From positions 1-44,054 of the forward strand of contig JBKHJL010000003.1 of the NCBI GenBank assembly GCA_046538155.1: DNA of 44,054 nt, written 5' to 3'. Below are positions 19,085 to 27,550 of the stretch, piece after piece. The notes under the pieces were generated by a model. The model did not search any database, was not told the DNA's origin, and saw only the letters and a list, made by a program, of their open reading frames with translations. The DNA is from Candidatus Micrarchaeia archaeon. Lineage in GTDB: Archaea > Micrarchaeota > Micrarchaeia > Anstonellales > Bilamarchaeaceae. How positions within the stretch are numbered: position 1 is the stretch's first letter; each line of letters opens with the position of its first letter. Both the position numbers and the translations under genes were made by a program.

Positions 19085-19828
19085 ATGAAAATAATCATGG
19101 AGGAAGCTCCAGCACTAAAAGATGCCATAGAAACAGTAGTCAGCCTTGTAGAGGAAGGAGTTTTTGAAGTAAATGATGAGGGTATCAGCCTTAAGGCAAT
19201 GGACCCTTCCCAGATATCAATGATATGCTTCAGGATGCCAAAGGAGATGTTCAGCGAGTACGAAGCAGGGGAAAACAAGAGAGTGGGTATTGATATAAGC
19301 AAACTTTCGAAAGTGCTGGCAAGGGGGAACTCCGGGGAAAGTGTTGAACTTGCAGTAGATGAGGGCAAGCTCCAGATTACTTTCATGGGAGAAAAAAGAA
19401 AAAGGGTATTCAGGCTGCCGCTCCTGGACCTTGGCGATGGATTGGAAAGAGAGCCAAAAATTGAATACAAGAACAAGATAAAGATGCAGGCAGACTCGCT
19501 GAGGGAAATAATACGGGACGCAAAGCTGATAAGCAGCCATATCGGGCTGGTTGCCACACCTGAAAAATTCAAAGTGGAGATAAAGGGGGATGAAGGAGAG
19601 ATAAAAGAAGAATTTGAAAAAGAGGGGGAACGCCTGAAAGAACTGGGAGTAGAGAGCGAAGCAAAGGCAACATACCCATTAAGCTACCTTGAAGACATCA
19701 TAAAAGGGAGCAAGGCAGATACGGATATCACCCTCTATCTTGAAAATGACCGGCCCCTGAAAGTGGAATACAGCATGGTGGGGGCAACTGCCAAGTATTA
19801 CCTTGCGCCAAGAATAGAAAGCGTATAG
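19085..19828 (+). CDS. pcn: DNA polymerase sliding clamp PCNA
   Basis: LKAMDPSQI, PLKVEY and YYLAPRIE; TTTATAAA upstream. Confidence 0.96.
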   Translation: MKIIMEEAPALKDAIETVVSLVEEGVFEVNDEGISLKAMDPSQISMICFRMPKEMFSEYEAGENKRVGIDISKLSKVLARGNSGESVELAVDEGKLQITFMGEKRKRVFRLPLLDLGDGLEREPKIEYKNKIKMQADSLREIIRDAKLISSHIGLVATPEKFKVEIKGDEGEIKEEFEKEGERLKELGVESEAKATYPLSYLEDIIKGSKADTDITLYLENDRPLKVEYSMVGATAKYYLAPRIESV

Positions 19829-19829
19829 A

Positions 19830-21056
19830 CTACTTTCTTTTTGAAAACAGGAATGGGATAAGAAGGGCAAATGCAATGAAGCAGGAACCCTGATCAAGAG
19901 AAAGAGGGTCTGGGGCTTTCGCAAACCCTTCCTCATCCTGGACCACTATAGAGCGTTGCTCAGAAAGACTTGTTCCCTGGACTTTTACCTCGTAGGGAAG
20001 AGAGTGGGCATAACCCGGCTGGAGCGAGGAAGTGTCCAGGTTGTATCTAAGATTCACTGAACTCCTGGGCGGGATGAACAATATCCGGGTATCCTGCTGG
20101 ATAAACTCTCCGGGCATAGTGAAATGATACGTGGGTGTTGCGTACTCTTCCGTAGGATTATACACTGTTATCCTAAGTGAATCATTAGAAAACATTGAAT
20201 GGACAAAAAGAGTTTCGGGAAAAGCGAGCTTTTCGGAAGTTGTGAGGCGGGTGGAACTGGAAAAATTAATCTTTGCACCGCGGGCAGTGAGGGTCTCTCT
20301 GGTCCCTTCCTGGTCCTCCGTATAGCGAATTGCGATGTGCCTTGCGTCCAGGGAGAGGGACTCCTGGAAAGTCGGGTCAAAGGGAACCCACCTGTTCCCT
20401 ATCTTTGCCTCTGCCCATGTGTGCGGCTGCCACTTCTCGGAATATGCATATCCTGAAACAAACCGTGTTTCAAAGCCCAGGGAACGGAGAAGGGAGATGT
20501 AAAGGTGGGTATAACCTACGCACATTGCCTCCGGGTTGTGGAAAACCTCTTTGGCCGGTGATGGGCTTCCCCAGTGGCTGTCATTGTAATTCACATATTT
20601 ATAAGTCCAGTCTGCAAGAGCAGAAGCGACCTCCAGCTCTGTTTCCATGCCTTCAGTAAAGGAGTATGCAAAATCGCTCATCGGGGAATCGTATGCAATA
20701 AGGCCGGAAGCAGGAGCCGGGGATGGGTTGAATGGTGGGCTGGAAGGAGTTGTGATGGGGTAGATGGACTTTACAAGTGCAGTCGCAGAAATCATTTTTT
20801 CCCCGGAAAACTGTTCTGCTGAATAAAAGAGCCGGACAGAGCCGTTGGAACCCACCAGCTCAGCACCATCTGTTGCCTCCATCCAGAGAATTTTCTGGTA
20901 GGGGTTCTCAAGCAGGAAAGAGCCGTTCAGGGATAAGTCACTGGCCGGGCCTTCTGAAGTTATCGTCCAGTTTTTCTGTACATACACAAGTGCCTCCCCT
21001 GCAGGAAATGAAAAAGCAGGAAAGAGAAAAAGAAGGAAAATAAAAATGCCTTTCAT
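19830..21056 (-). CDS. Secreted/surface transglutaminase-like protein with a C-terminal membrane anchor
   Basis: Signal peptide, a Cys-His-Asp triad (AMCVGYT, HTWAE, WVPFDPT) and C-terminal GSCFIAFALLIPFLFSKRK. Confidence 0.85.
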   Translation of the reverse strand: MKGIFIFLLFLFPAFSFPAGEALVYVQKNWTITSEGPASDLSLNGSFLLENPYQKILWMEATDGAELVGSNGSVRLFYSAEQFSGEKMISATALVKSIYPITTPSSPPFNPSPAPASGLIAYDSPMSDFAYSFTEGMETELEVASALADWTYKYVNYNDSHWGSPSPAKEVFHNPEAMCVGYTHLYISLLRSLGFETRFVSGYAYSEKWQPHTWAEAKIGNRWVPFDPTFQESLSLDARHIAIRYTEDQEGTRETLTARGAKINFSSSTRLTTSEKLAFPETLFVHSMFSNDSLRITVYNPTEEYATPTYHFTMPGEFIQQDTRILFIPPRSSVNLRYNLDTSSLQPGYAHSLPYEVKVQGTSLSEQRSIVVQDEEGFAKAPDPLSLDQGSCFIAFALLIPFLFSKRK

Positions 21057-22348
21057 TGCTTAAGTCGCCTCGCATGCTCCATGCGGCGGCTTATCAGTCC
21101 ATCTGTTCCGATGTCCCTGCGGTGCCAGAGCGGGCCGCTGATTAAAGTAGTTGCAGACTCCACTGCCTTTTCAGCTTCCTGCCGGGTTTCTGCCTTGGAA
21201 ACCAGGGCTGCAGTGCGGGAAGCCGTTGTATACGTTACCCCTTCTTTTTCATATACTGAGCCGAAATAAAGCTTTACACCTTTATCCCAGAGCCCCTCCC
21301 CATCAACAGTAATCGGCTGGTCTGCTTTTCCCTCTGAGGGGTATCCCTCCGGAACCAGATACTTTACAACCGTACATTCATTGCTGAAGCTCACCGGGCA
21401 GAGCCTGCCGTTGGCCATGGAAAGAAAGACTTCTGAAAGCTCCGTGCCCAGCAAGGTAAGGACATTCATTGCCTCGGGGTCCCCAAAGCGGGCATTGAAC
21501 TCTACAACTTTTACCCCGTCCCGGGTAAGCATGAACTGGCCGTAGAGGATTCCGGTAAATGGGTTTCCCTCATTCTTCATTTCAGTGAGGGTGCGCTGCA
21601 TTATCTCCTTTGCATCATCAAGGTCCTTCTGCTCCATGAAAGGGAGAAGCTTTCCGGTCGAATAACTCCCCATCCCTCCTGTATTGGGGCCTTCATCTCC
21701 CTCAAATGCCCGCTTGTGGTCCTGCACTGGTGGCATCAGGGCAAGACTGTTGCCGTCGCAGAATGCCTGGAGAGTAAATTCCTGGCCTTCCATGCGCTCC
21801 TCAATCAGTACAGAACCGTCTTTCTCTATGAGCTCAGAGCAGTAACCGAGTACTTCCTCCTCCGAATTGAGGTGCTCTCCGGAAATCTTCACTCCTTTTC
21901 CCCCGGTGAGACCAATGGGCTTTACCGCAACCTCCCCCATCTCAGAAACAAATTCATTTGCATCATCAAGGGAAGAAACCACTTTCAGCCTTGGGCATCC
22001 GGGAATCTCCTTGGCCTGCATAAGATTTCTGGCATAACTCTTGTCCCACTCTATCCTTGCTGCACTCTTACTTGGTGAAGCAACAGGTATCCCCAATTCT
22101 GAGAACGTATCTGTAACCCCTTTTTCAAGAAGCCCGTCAGGGCTCACGAATGCAAGAGCCACCCCCTTTTCCTTTGCCCACTGGCCAACCACTGCGGAAT
22201 CTGTGGGGTCATGGACCAGAGTTTCCTCAGAAAGGGAGGCAATACCCGGGTGCTTTTTGGCCATTATGGAATAGAGCTCCGAATTTTTTGAAAGCTGCTC
22301 CGCAAGTATGTGCTCCCTTGCTCCTGAACCTACAAGTAAAACCTTCAT
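21053..22348 (-). CDS. purD: Phosphoribosylamine-glycine ligase
   Basis: VGSGAREH, GGKGV, QDHKRAFEGDEGPNTGGMG, EFNARFGDPE and RRDIG. Confidence 0.96.
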   Translation of the reverse strand: MKVLLVGSGAREHILAEQLSKNSELYSIMAKKHPGIASLSEETLVHDPTDSAVVGQWAKEKGVALAFVSPDGLLEKGVTDTFSELGIPVASPSKSAARIEWDKSYARNLMQAKEIPGCPRLKVVSSLDDANEFVSEMGEVAVKPIGLTGGKGVKISGEHLNSEEEVLGYCSELIEKDGSVLIEERMEGQEFTLQAFCDGNSLALMPPVQDHKRAFEGDEGPNTGGMGSYSTGKLLPFMEQKDLDDAKEIMQRTLTEMKNEGNPFTGILYGQFMLTRDGVKVVEFNARFGDPEAMNVLTLLGTELSEVFLSMANGRLCPVSFSNECTVVKYLVPEGYPSEGKADQPITVDGEGLWDKGVKLYFGSVYEKEGVTYTTASRTAALVSKAETRQEAEKAVESATTLISGPLWHRRDIGTDGLISRRMEHARRLKQ

Positions 22349-22349
22349 C

Positions 22350-22502
22350 TTATTCACCTTTGAAAAGCTGGGAAAGTGTCTTCATGAACGCGGAAAAAAA
22401 ATCCGAATCCGGTTGCTTGATAACCTCAAAAGACTTGTGCTTGGGGAAATTCTTGGCAACCGTGAAATGGAAAGTATCGGGGCGCTTTCTTTTTCCGGGC
22501 AT
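22350..22502 (-). CDS. Small hypothetical protein (50 aa), below the ORF-track cutoff
   Basis: Manual translation MPGKRKRPDTFHFTVAKNFPKHKSFEVIKQPDSDFFSAFMKTLSQLFKGE*. It fills the gap between the 232-aa gene and purD almost exactly, and GGAGG lies upstream. Confidence 0.55.
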   Translation of the reverse strand: MPGKRKRPDTFHFTVAKNFPKHKSFEVIKQPDSDFFSAFMKTLSQLFKGE

Positions 22503-22505
22503 TCA

Positions 22506-23204
22506 TCATGACCTCCGCTTTATGTATCCGTTCTTTATGAGCATATTCAGCCCATCCTCCACCCTTCCTATAGGCAGGGAATTTATCTTTCCGAAATCAT
22601 AGATGTTTATCTCGCCATCATGAGTCTTTATCCATTCAAAAAGGCGTTCCTGGAGAACCTCGTCATCCAGTCCTTCCATCTTCTTTATCCTGTTCTCAAG
22701 CTCCTCATTCTTGCGCTCTGTCTCCACAAGGATGCGGGCATTCTGTTCGCTGGAGCGCACAAGGTCCTTGTATTTTTTCTCAAGGGAAACGTGCCTCGCC
22801 TTCAGGGTGTTTAGCTCAGAAATTGTCTGGAGCTTTTCCTTTTCCAGAGACTCGGAAAGAGAAGTGAGCAGGGCATAATAAAAGGGATAAACAGAAGAAA
22901 CGCTGACATCATAATGCCTGGAAATTATGCGGAATATGTTGAGAGAAAGAAGGCCCATATCAAGACTCCGGGAAAGTCGCCTCTCCGGGGAGGGAAGAAG
23001 ATATCTTATGAGAATTGAACGGGGGGCGAGCTCAATGCGGTAAAAAAGATAGGGTTTGCCAGAGAGATCCTCAGACTCCACCTTTTCCACAATAAGTTTC
23101 TCCTTAGTGTAGCTGATCTTGGTGAAACCAAGTGAGCCGAGCAACGGAGTAAGCTCCTTGAGGGGCTTGGTGCGCTTTGCCTTTATCTTTATTATCTCTT
23201 CCAT
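22506..23204 (-). CDS. Hypothetical protein with a coiled coil and a C-terminal winged-helix-like domain
   Basis: Heptad-rich region at about aa 120-180; C-terminus WIKTHDGEINIYDFGKINSLPIGRVEDGLNMLIKNGYI. Confidence 0.75.
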   Translation of the reverse strand: MEEIIKIKAKRTKPLKELTPLLGSLGFTKISYTKEKLIVEKVESEDLSGKPYLFYRIELAPRSILIRYLLPSPERRLSRSLDMGLLSLNIFRIISRHYDVSVSSVYPFYYALLTSLSESLEKEKLQTISELNTLKARHVSLEKKYKDLVRSSEQNARILVETERKNEELENRIKKMEGLDDEVLQERLFEWIKTHDGEINIYDFGKINSLPIGRVEDGLNMLIKNGYIKRRS

Positions 23205-23205
23205 T

Positions 23206-24645
23206 TCACTCCTCCTCCTTAAGTCGCATGTCTACCACACCCTTTGTGGCCTTTCTTCTCCTGGTCAGGGAAAACACCTCAACAATGAACTTTTCCTCAA
23301 CCCCCAGCTGGCGGAGGAAAGTCATTATGGAAGTGTGGGAATACCCGAATTTCTCAAGAAGAGAAACCAGGTGCGAGGCCTCAAGAACCCCGTCGCCCCT
23401 CTCAAAATCAACCTTGACCAGGTTTATCTGCTCATCCGTAAGCCCAAGCTCATAAAGCATTCTTGAAAACTGCTCCCTTTCAACTTCAATAGTCATCTTT
23501 CCCACCTGTATTGTATAGACAAAGAGAGGCTCCTCCCCGTCTATCTTATCAAGAAGGAAGGTGTGGGCTTTTTCCGAGCGCTGCGAAAAAATCATGTTTA
23601 CTGCAGCATCGCCCACCCCAAATCCTGAAATCTCATTGTCTATGTAATCTGAGTAATTTAAGGAATCGCGTATATAATTTTTATACTCCCGCAGAACCAA
23701 GCGTAGCACAAACATCGTTCCCACGTTTGAAATAATTGTCTTGTGCATGTCCGTAGGATTCTGGGAAGCGACTATCAGGCTGAAATTGTATTTTCGTCCC
23801 TCACGGACAATGGTGATTACATCGCTGCGGTCATCATTTGCTATCTTCCAGGCCTCATCAACCACAACAAACAGATTCACCCCCTTCTTATCTTTAAGCT
23901 CCTCCCGGCGCATCTTCTCCTTGAGGAACTGGAGAATTGTGAGCCCGGTAAGGGAGCGCATTTCTTCAGTGGGAAGAGAATGAAGATCTATGCATACAAG
24001 CCCGGAAGTTGCAAGCTTCTCAAACTCCAGGGTAGACTTGCGGGAGAAAAAATTGCTGCCCTCCACAAGGAAAGTCTTGACCAGCCTTGCAGCGTGCTTC
24101 TTGCCCTTCTTCTCCATAAGAGAAACAAGGTCAACCAGGGTGGGGTTACTTACTTTATCATAAACTTCTTCAAGGGCTTCTTCAATATCATAGCGCTCCT
24201 CAACATGCTCGTGGAGATTGAGGAGGATATCAAATGCAGACATTATCTGCTTTATCCGCTCGGAAACGCTCAGGCCTGCCAGTTCCAGAAGATTGAGGCT
24301 CTCCCTGCCCAGGCTAATTACCCTGCCTCCTGCCTGGCGCACCCAGCGGTTATATTCCCCTGTCCAGTCCAGTATGATTGCGTTGGAATTCCAGGTGAGG
24401 GCAGCGCGGGTCAGGAACGTTTTTACCAGGTAGGACTTGCCTGCGCCGGTTATTCCCACTATTGCGATGTGCGAATTAATCAGCTTACTATAGTCCCAGA
24501 AAACAGGGACGTTCAGCCAGCGGGTCTTACCCACGTAGATGCCATGATCCGGAGATGAGAGGAGGAGATGGGGCGGGGGCTCCGGGGGATGGACAAGGAA
24601 AAGGCGCTGAGCCATCTGGCTTGTAAGGTACTCTTTCAGCTCCAT
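23206..24645 (-). CDS. VirB4/HerA-FtsK superfamily ATPase (CedB/TedB-like)
   Basis: HIAIVGITGAGKS (Walker A), ILDWTGEY, VVVDEAW (Walker B) and REGRKYNFSLIVASQ (Arg finger and sensor). Confidence 0.88.
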   Translation of the reverse strand: MELKEYLTSQMAQRLFLVHPPEPPPHLLLSSPDHGIYVGKTRWLNVPVFWDYSKLINSHIAIVGITGAGKSYLVKTFLTRAALTWNSNAIILDWTGEYNRWVRQAGGRVISLGRESLNLLELAGLSVSERIKQIMSAFDILLNLHEHVEERYDIEEALEEVYDKVSNPTLVDLVSLMEKKGKKHAARLVKTFLVEGSNFFSRKSTLEFEKLATSGLVCIDLHSLPTEEMRSLTGLTILQFLKEKMRREELKDKKGVNLFVVVDEAWKIANDDRSDVITIVREGRKYNFSLIVASQNPTDMHKTIISNVGTMFVLRLVLREYKNYIRDSLNYSDYIDNEISGFGVGDAAVNMIFSQRSEKAHTFLLDKIDGEEPLFVYTIQVGKMTIEVEREQFSRMLYELGLTDEQINLVKVDFERGDGVLEASHLVSLLEKFGYSHTSIMTFLRQLGVEEKFIVEVFSLTRRRKATKGVVDMRLKEEE

Positions 24646-25424
24646 CAGAACACCTCATCCCGCAGCTGCTCGGAATCGGCGGGAATGAAGTAGCTCCATT
24701 CAAAGCATTTTATCATGTCCGTATCCAGGAGTTCAGTGACATCCGATCCAAGGGTGGAAGAAATTATGGTGCGGGCCTCCTTGGCCTGCCTCCTTGCCTT
24801 GGAAATTGCTTCTTCCCTTGTGACTCCAAATGCAGTGGTCTGGGCAAAAGCAGTCAATTCAAGTGAGCGGTCTCCATGGGTAAGGCGCTCAAGCAGCCGG
24901 TTCCACATTGCTATCTCCCGGTCAATACGCACCAACTCCTCGCTGTTTGGGGGAAGTCGGCGCCTCTTGCTTTCTGCCGCGCTCCGCTTTGCCTTTATCT
25001 TGTCTATGTGCTTTGTAAGGTCAACTGCAGAAACCATCAGAGAAATCTTGAGGACGTTTTTGAGAGAGGCAAGAGACTTCTCAAATGCCTCAATCATGTG
25101 CGCCTTGTCCGCGTCCTCGCTATCTATCATGCTCTCGTAGAACTTTATTTCCAGGAACTTGGAAGCATAATACCCCCCTGCAACCCTCTTGGTTATGCAG
25201 TCCCTGGTTGGAGGGATTGTGTATCCGCCCCTTACCTCAACTATGTTTGTTGCCGAAGTGATGAAAGGAATGAATAGGTATCCATACTTCCAGAGAAGAA
25301 TAGAAAGGGCAAAAAAGAAAGATGCCAAGAGGGCAAAAATAACCTGTCCGCTGACAAAGGAGAAAAGAAGTGCAAGCACCCCTCCGCCAAGCGCGGCAAA
25401 CGTAACTGCTCTGTTCGCAATCAT
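24645..25424 (-). CDS. Membrane-anchored protein (2 N-terminal TM segments plus a cytoplasmic domain), probable ATPase partner similar to VirB3 or the VirB4 N-terminal part
   Basis: TM hairpin followed by an alpha/beta region with a coiled-coil insert; overlaps both neighbours. The function is inferred from context. Confidence 0.6.
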   Translation of the reverse strand: MIANRAVTFAALGGGVLALLFSFVSGQVIFALLASFFFALSILLWKYGYLFIPFITSATNIVEVRGGYTIPPTRDCITKRVAGGYYASKFLEIKFYESMIDSEDADKAHMIEAFEKSLASLKNVLKISLMVSAVDLTKHIDKIKAKRSAAESKRRRLPPNSEELVRIDREIAMWNRLLERLTHGDRSLELTAFAQTTAFGVTREEAISKARRQAKEARTIISSTLGSDVTELLDTDMIKCFEWSYFIPADSEQLRDEVF

Positions 25425-26362
25425 AACATACCCACCGAGTAAAAGAATTCTCCACCGAATATATCAGTTACCTCCTTTATAAATATCAGGGTAATAATAA
25501 ACGAAAACAACGGGGCCAGGACAATGAAAATTGCAAGGGAGGATGTTGCATAAGTAAGGTGCTGGACAGAAGTGGTAAGGTCTCCGGTAAAGTCGTTTCC
25601 TGCAGTCACGTTGGTCATATTGTCCATCTTCCCTGCTATCGCATAATTATCATTAAGGTCAAGGATGGGGGTTGTAGTGTAATTTGTATTGTTGTTCATT
25701 TGTGCGAGGGAAACTTCTGTTTCATTAAGGTCTGGCTGGGGGAAGACCATCACCATGGAGGGGTAGAGGAGGTAAAGCCCGAAAGAGAGGGCAATAAGGA
25801 AACCTCCGAGCCGGCGGGTGGAAAAAAATGCCCGGAATATGAGCCCCAGGGGAAAGAAAAACGTGAGGAGCTGTGGACCGAAGAAAGAGAGCAACTGAAC
25901 ATGTATTTCAGAAAACAGCAGAAGCTGCTGGAGAGTAAGGACCTGTGCCTCCAGCATCATGGAAACAGAGGAAAGATGAGCAAGGGGCTGGATGCTGAAA
26001 GTAGAGAAATCCAGAACTATTGACTGGTAATATGCAGAGATGCTGTGGAGGTCAACTGCTGCAGTGAGGAGAGAATAAGTACTTTCGGAAACACCCTCAT
26101 ACTCGCAGAGGAGATTCTCAACTGCGCTTCCACCTGTGCAGGGGCCATCGCCCCCTATCTCTGCGCTTATCTGGGTTGCGGTGAGGGTAATTGTTGCATA
26201 TGCGCCCACAAGAGCGGCGTTTATGATTGCCTGGATGAGCTCCTCCCTGCCAAAATACTCTACTTTGTGAGAACCCATCGCCCTCCCAACACCAATGAGT
26301 ATTCCGGAGAGGACAATGGAAAGTGCAACAATCGTCCCTGCAATAGTAAGGTCAAGCGCCAT
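25421..26362 (-). CDS. Polytopic membrane protein, CedA/TedA/VirB6-like channel candidate
   Basis: About 5-6 TM segments. FPLGLIFRAFFSTRRLGGFLIALSFGLYLLYP resembles the CedA-type motif (from recall). One loop is rich in N-x-T sequons. Confidence 0.65.
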   Translation of the reverse strand: MALDLTIAGTIVALSIVLSGILIGVGRAMGSHKVEYFGREELIQAIINAALVGAYATITLTATQISAEIGGDGPCTGGSAVENLLCEYEGVSESTYSLLTAAVDLHSISAYYQSIVLDFSTFSIQPLAHLSSVSMMLEAQVLTLQQLLLFSEIHVQLLSFFGPQLLTFFFPLGLIFRAFFSTRRLGGFLIALSFGLYLLYPSMVMVFPQPDLNETEVSLAQMNNNTNYTTTPILDLNDNYAIAGKMDNMTNVTAGNDFTGDLTTSVQHLTYATSSLAIFIVLAPLFSFIITLIFIKEVTDIFGGEFFYSVGML

Positions 26363-26366
26363 GGTT

Positions 26367-26612
26367 TCACTTAAATAGGTTGGAGGAAATCTCCTGTATC
26401 AGGTCGGCGGCCCCGAGTATTGCTGCTATCAGTACACCACCAACAACAATAGCTATCCCTGTGGTCTGCCACTTCCCTCTGGTTTCACCGGGCTGAACCT
26501 GGGAAATTCCGTAAATCAGGCCCCCAAGAATTATCAAGAGCATTGAAATCATCGTGCCCGCTGATTTGAGTGTTTCAAGCCAGCTTGAGAGAAGTGTTTC
26601 TATATATGCCAT
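26367..26612 (-). CDS. VirB2/TrbC/CedA1-like two-helix pilin candidate
   Basis: 81 aa with two hydrophobic helices joined by a short charged loop (QPGETRGKWQ); first gene of the ATPase operon. Confidence 0.7.
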   Translation of the reverse strand: MAYIETLLSSWLETLKSAGTMISMLLIILGGLIYGISQVQPGETRGKWQTTGIAIVVGGVLIAAILGAADLIQEISSNLFK

Positions 26613-26688
26613 TGAATAAACCCGAGTAGATAAAGAGGATAATATTAATAAACCTTTAGCGGATGTTTTTCCAGGTTGCTGAATAGAG

Positions 26689-27477
26689 GTGCAGAGATTG
26701 GAAATAAAGATAAATCTGGAAAAAAGAGCCCAGGAAAATGCTGCGGAATACTACCAGGAAGCCAAAAAAGCCAGGAAGAAAAAGGAGGGAGTACTGAATG
26801 CAATAAAGAAAACCAGGAAAAAACTCAGAGAAGTAAAGGAAAGGGGTGTGGGGGGAGAGGAAAAGCAGGTACGTGTGCTGAGGGAAAAAAAATGGTATGA
26901 AAAATTCGGATGGAGTTTCACAAATTCTGGGAAACTGATTCTGTTTGGGAGGAACGCAAAACAGAATGATGCTCTTGTATCATCCCACCTGGAAAAAGGA
27001 GACCTTTTTCTCCATGCGGATATAAAGGGGGGCTCGGCAACAATACTCAAGGGGGGTGAAACATCAGAGGGAGAAGAACTGGAGGAAGCCACATCAATTG
27101 CGGCGAGCTTTTCAAAAGCATGGACAAAAGGTTTCAGCCAGGTGGATGTCTATGCAGTTGAGGCTGGGCAGGTAAGCAAGCATGCACACGGAGGGGCAAT
27201 AGAGTCAGGAGGATTTGCGCTTGAAGGGGAAAGAAGATGGTACAGAAACACACCACTTAAGCTCAGGGCAGGAATTGACGGGGAGGGGAGAGCGGCAGTA
27301 GGGGCACCGGGAGCCGCGTGGATAAAAAAGGGAGTGGAGATTGTTCCGGGAAGGCAGGGGAAGGGGAAGACTGCGAAAATGCTGGGAAAGCTTTTCCAGC
27401 TGGACGAGAATGAGTTTGTGCGGATTCTCCCTTCGGGAACTTTCAGGGTGTTGGGAGTTGGGGAGAAAAGATTGTAA
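26689..27477 (+). CDS. NFACT RNA-binding domain (DUF814/Rqc2-like) protein, short form
   Basis: ENAAEYYQEAKK coiled coil, WYEKFGW, GRNAKQND, LHADIKGGS and GGFALEGERRW. Confidence 0.85.
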   Translation: MQRLEIKINLEKRAQENAAEYYQEAKKARKKKEGVLNAIKKTRKKLREVKERGVGGEEKQVRVLREKKWYEKFGWSFTNSGKLILFGRNAKQNDALVSSHLEKGDLFLHADIKGGSATILKGGETSEGEELEEATSIAASFSKAWTKGFSQVDVYAVEAGQVSKHAHGGAIESGGFALEGERRWYRNTPLKLRAGIDGEGRAAVGAPGAAWIKKGVEIVPGRQGKGKTAKMLGKLFQLDENEFVRILPSGTFRVLGVGEKRL

Positions 27478-27488
27478 CCATGGTTACA
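27473..27488. promoter_or_regulatory. Palindrome TGTAACCATGGTTACA, copy 1 (upstream of purL)
   Basis: Perfect palindrome, extending to 18 bp (27472-27489). It contains the TAA stop of the NFACT gene; TTATAAA follows at 27509. Confidence 0.8.
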
Positions 27489-27550
27489 AAAAAGCCCTGC
27501 CCCTAATATTATAAATTTGTCAGCAGAAATGCGGGTATTGGTGGGAATGT

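Noticed and set aside
13837-26612. Integrated conjugative element inserted at tRNA-Phe
   Set aside because: No integrase or relaxase, no duplicated tRNA 3' end was noticed, and core genes (PCNA, purD) lie within the interval.
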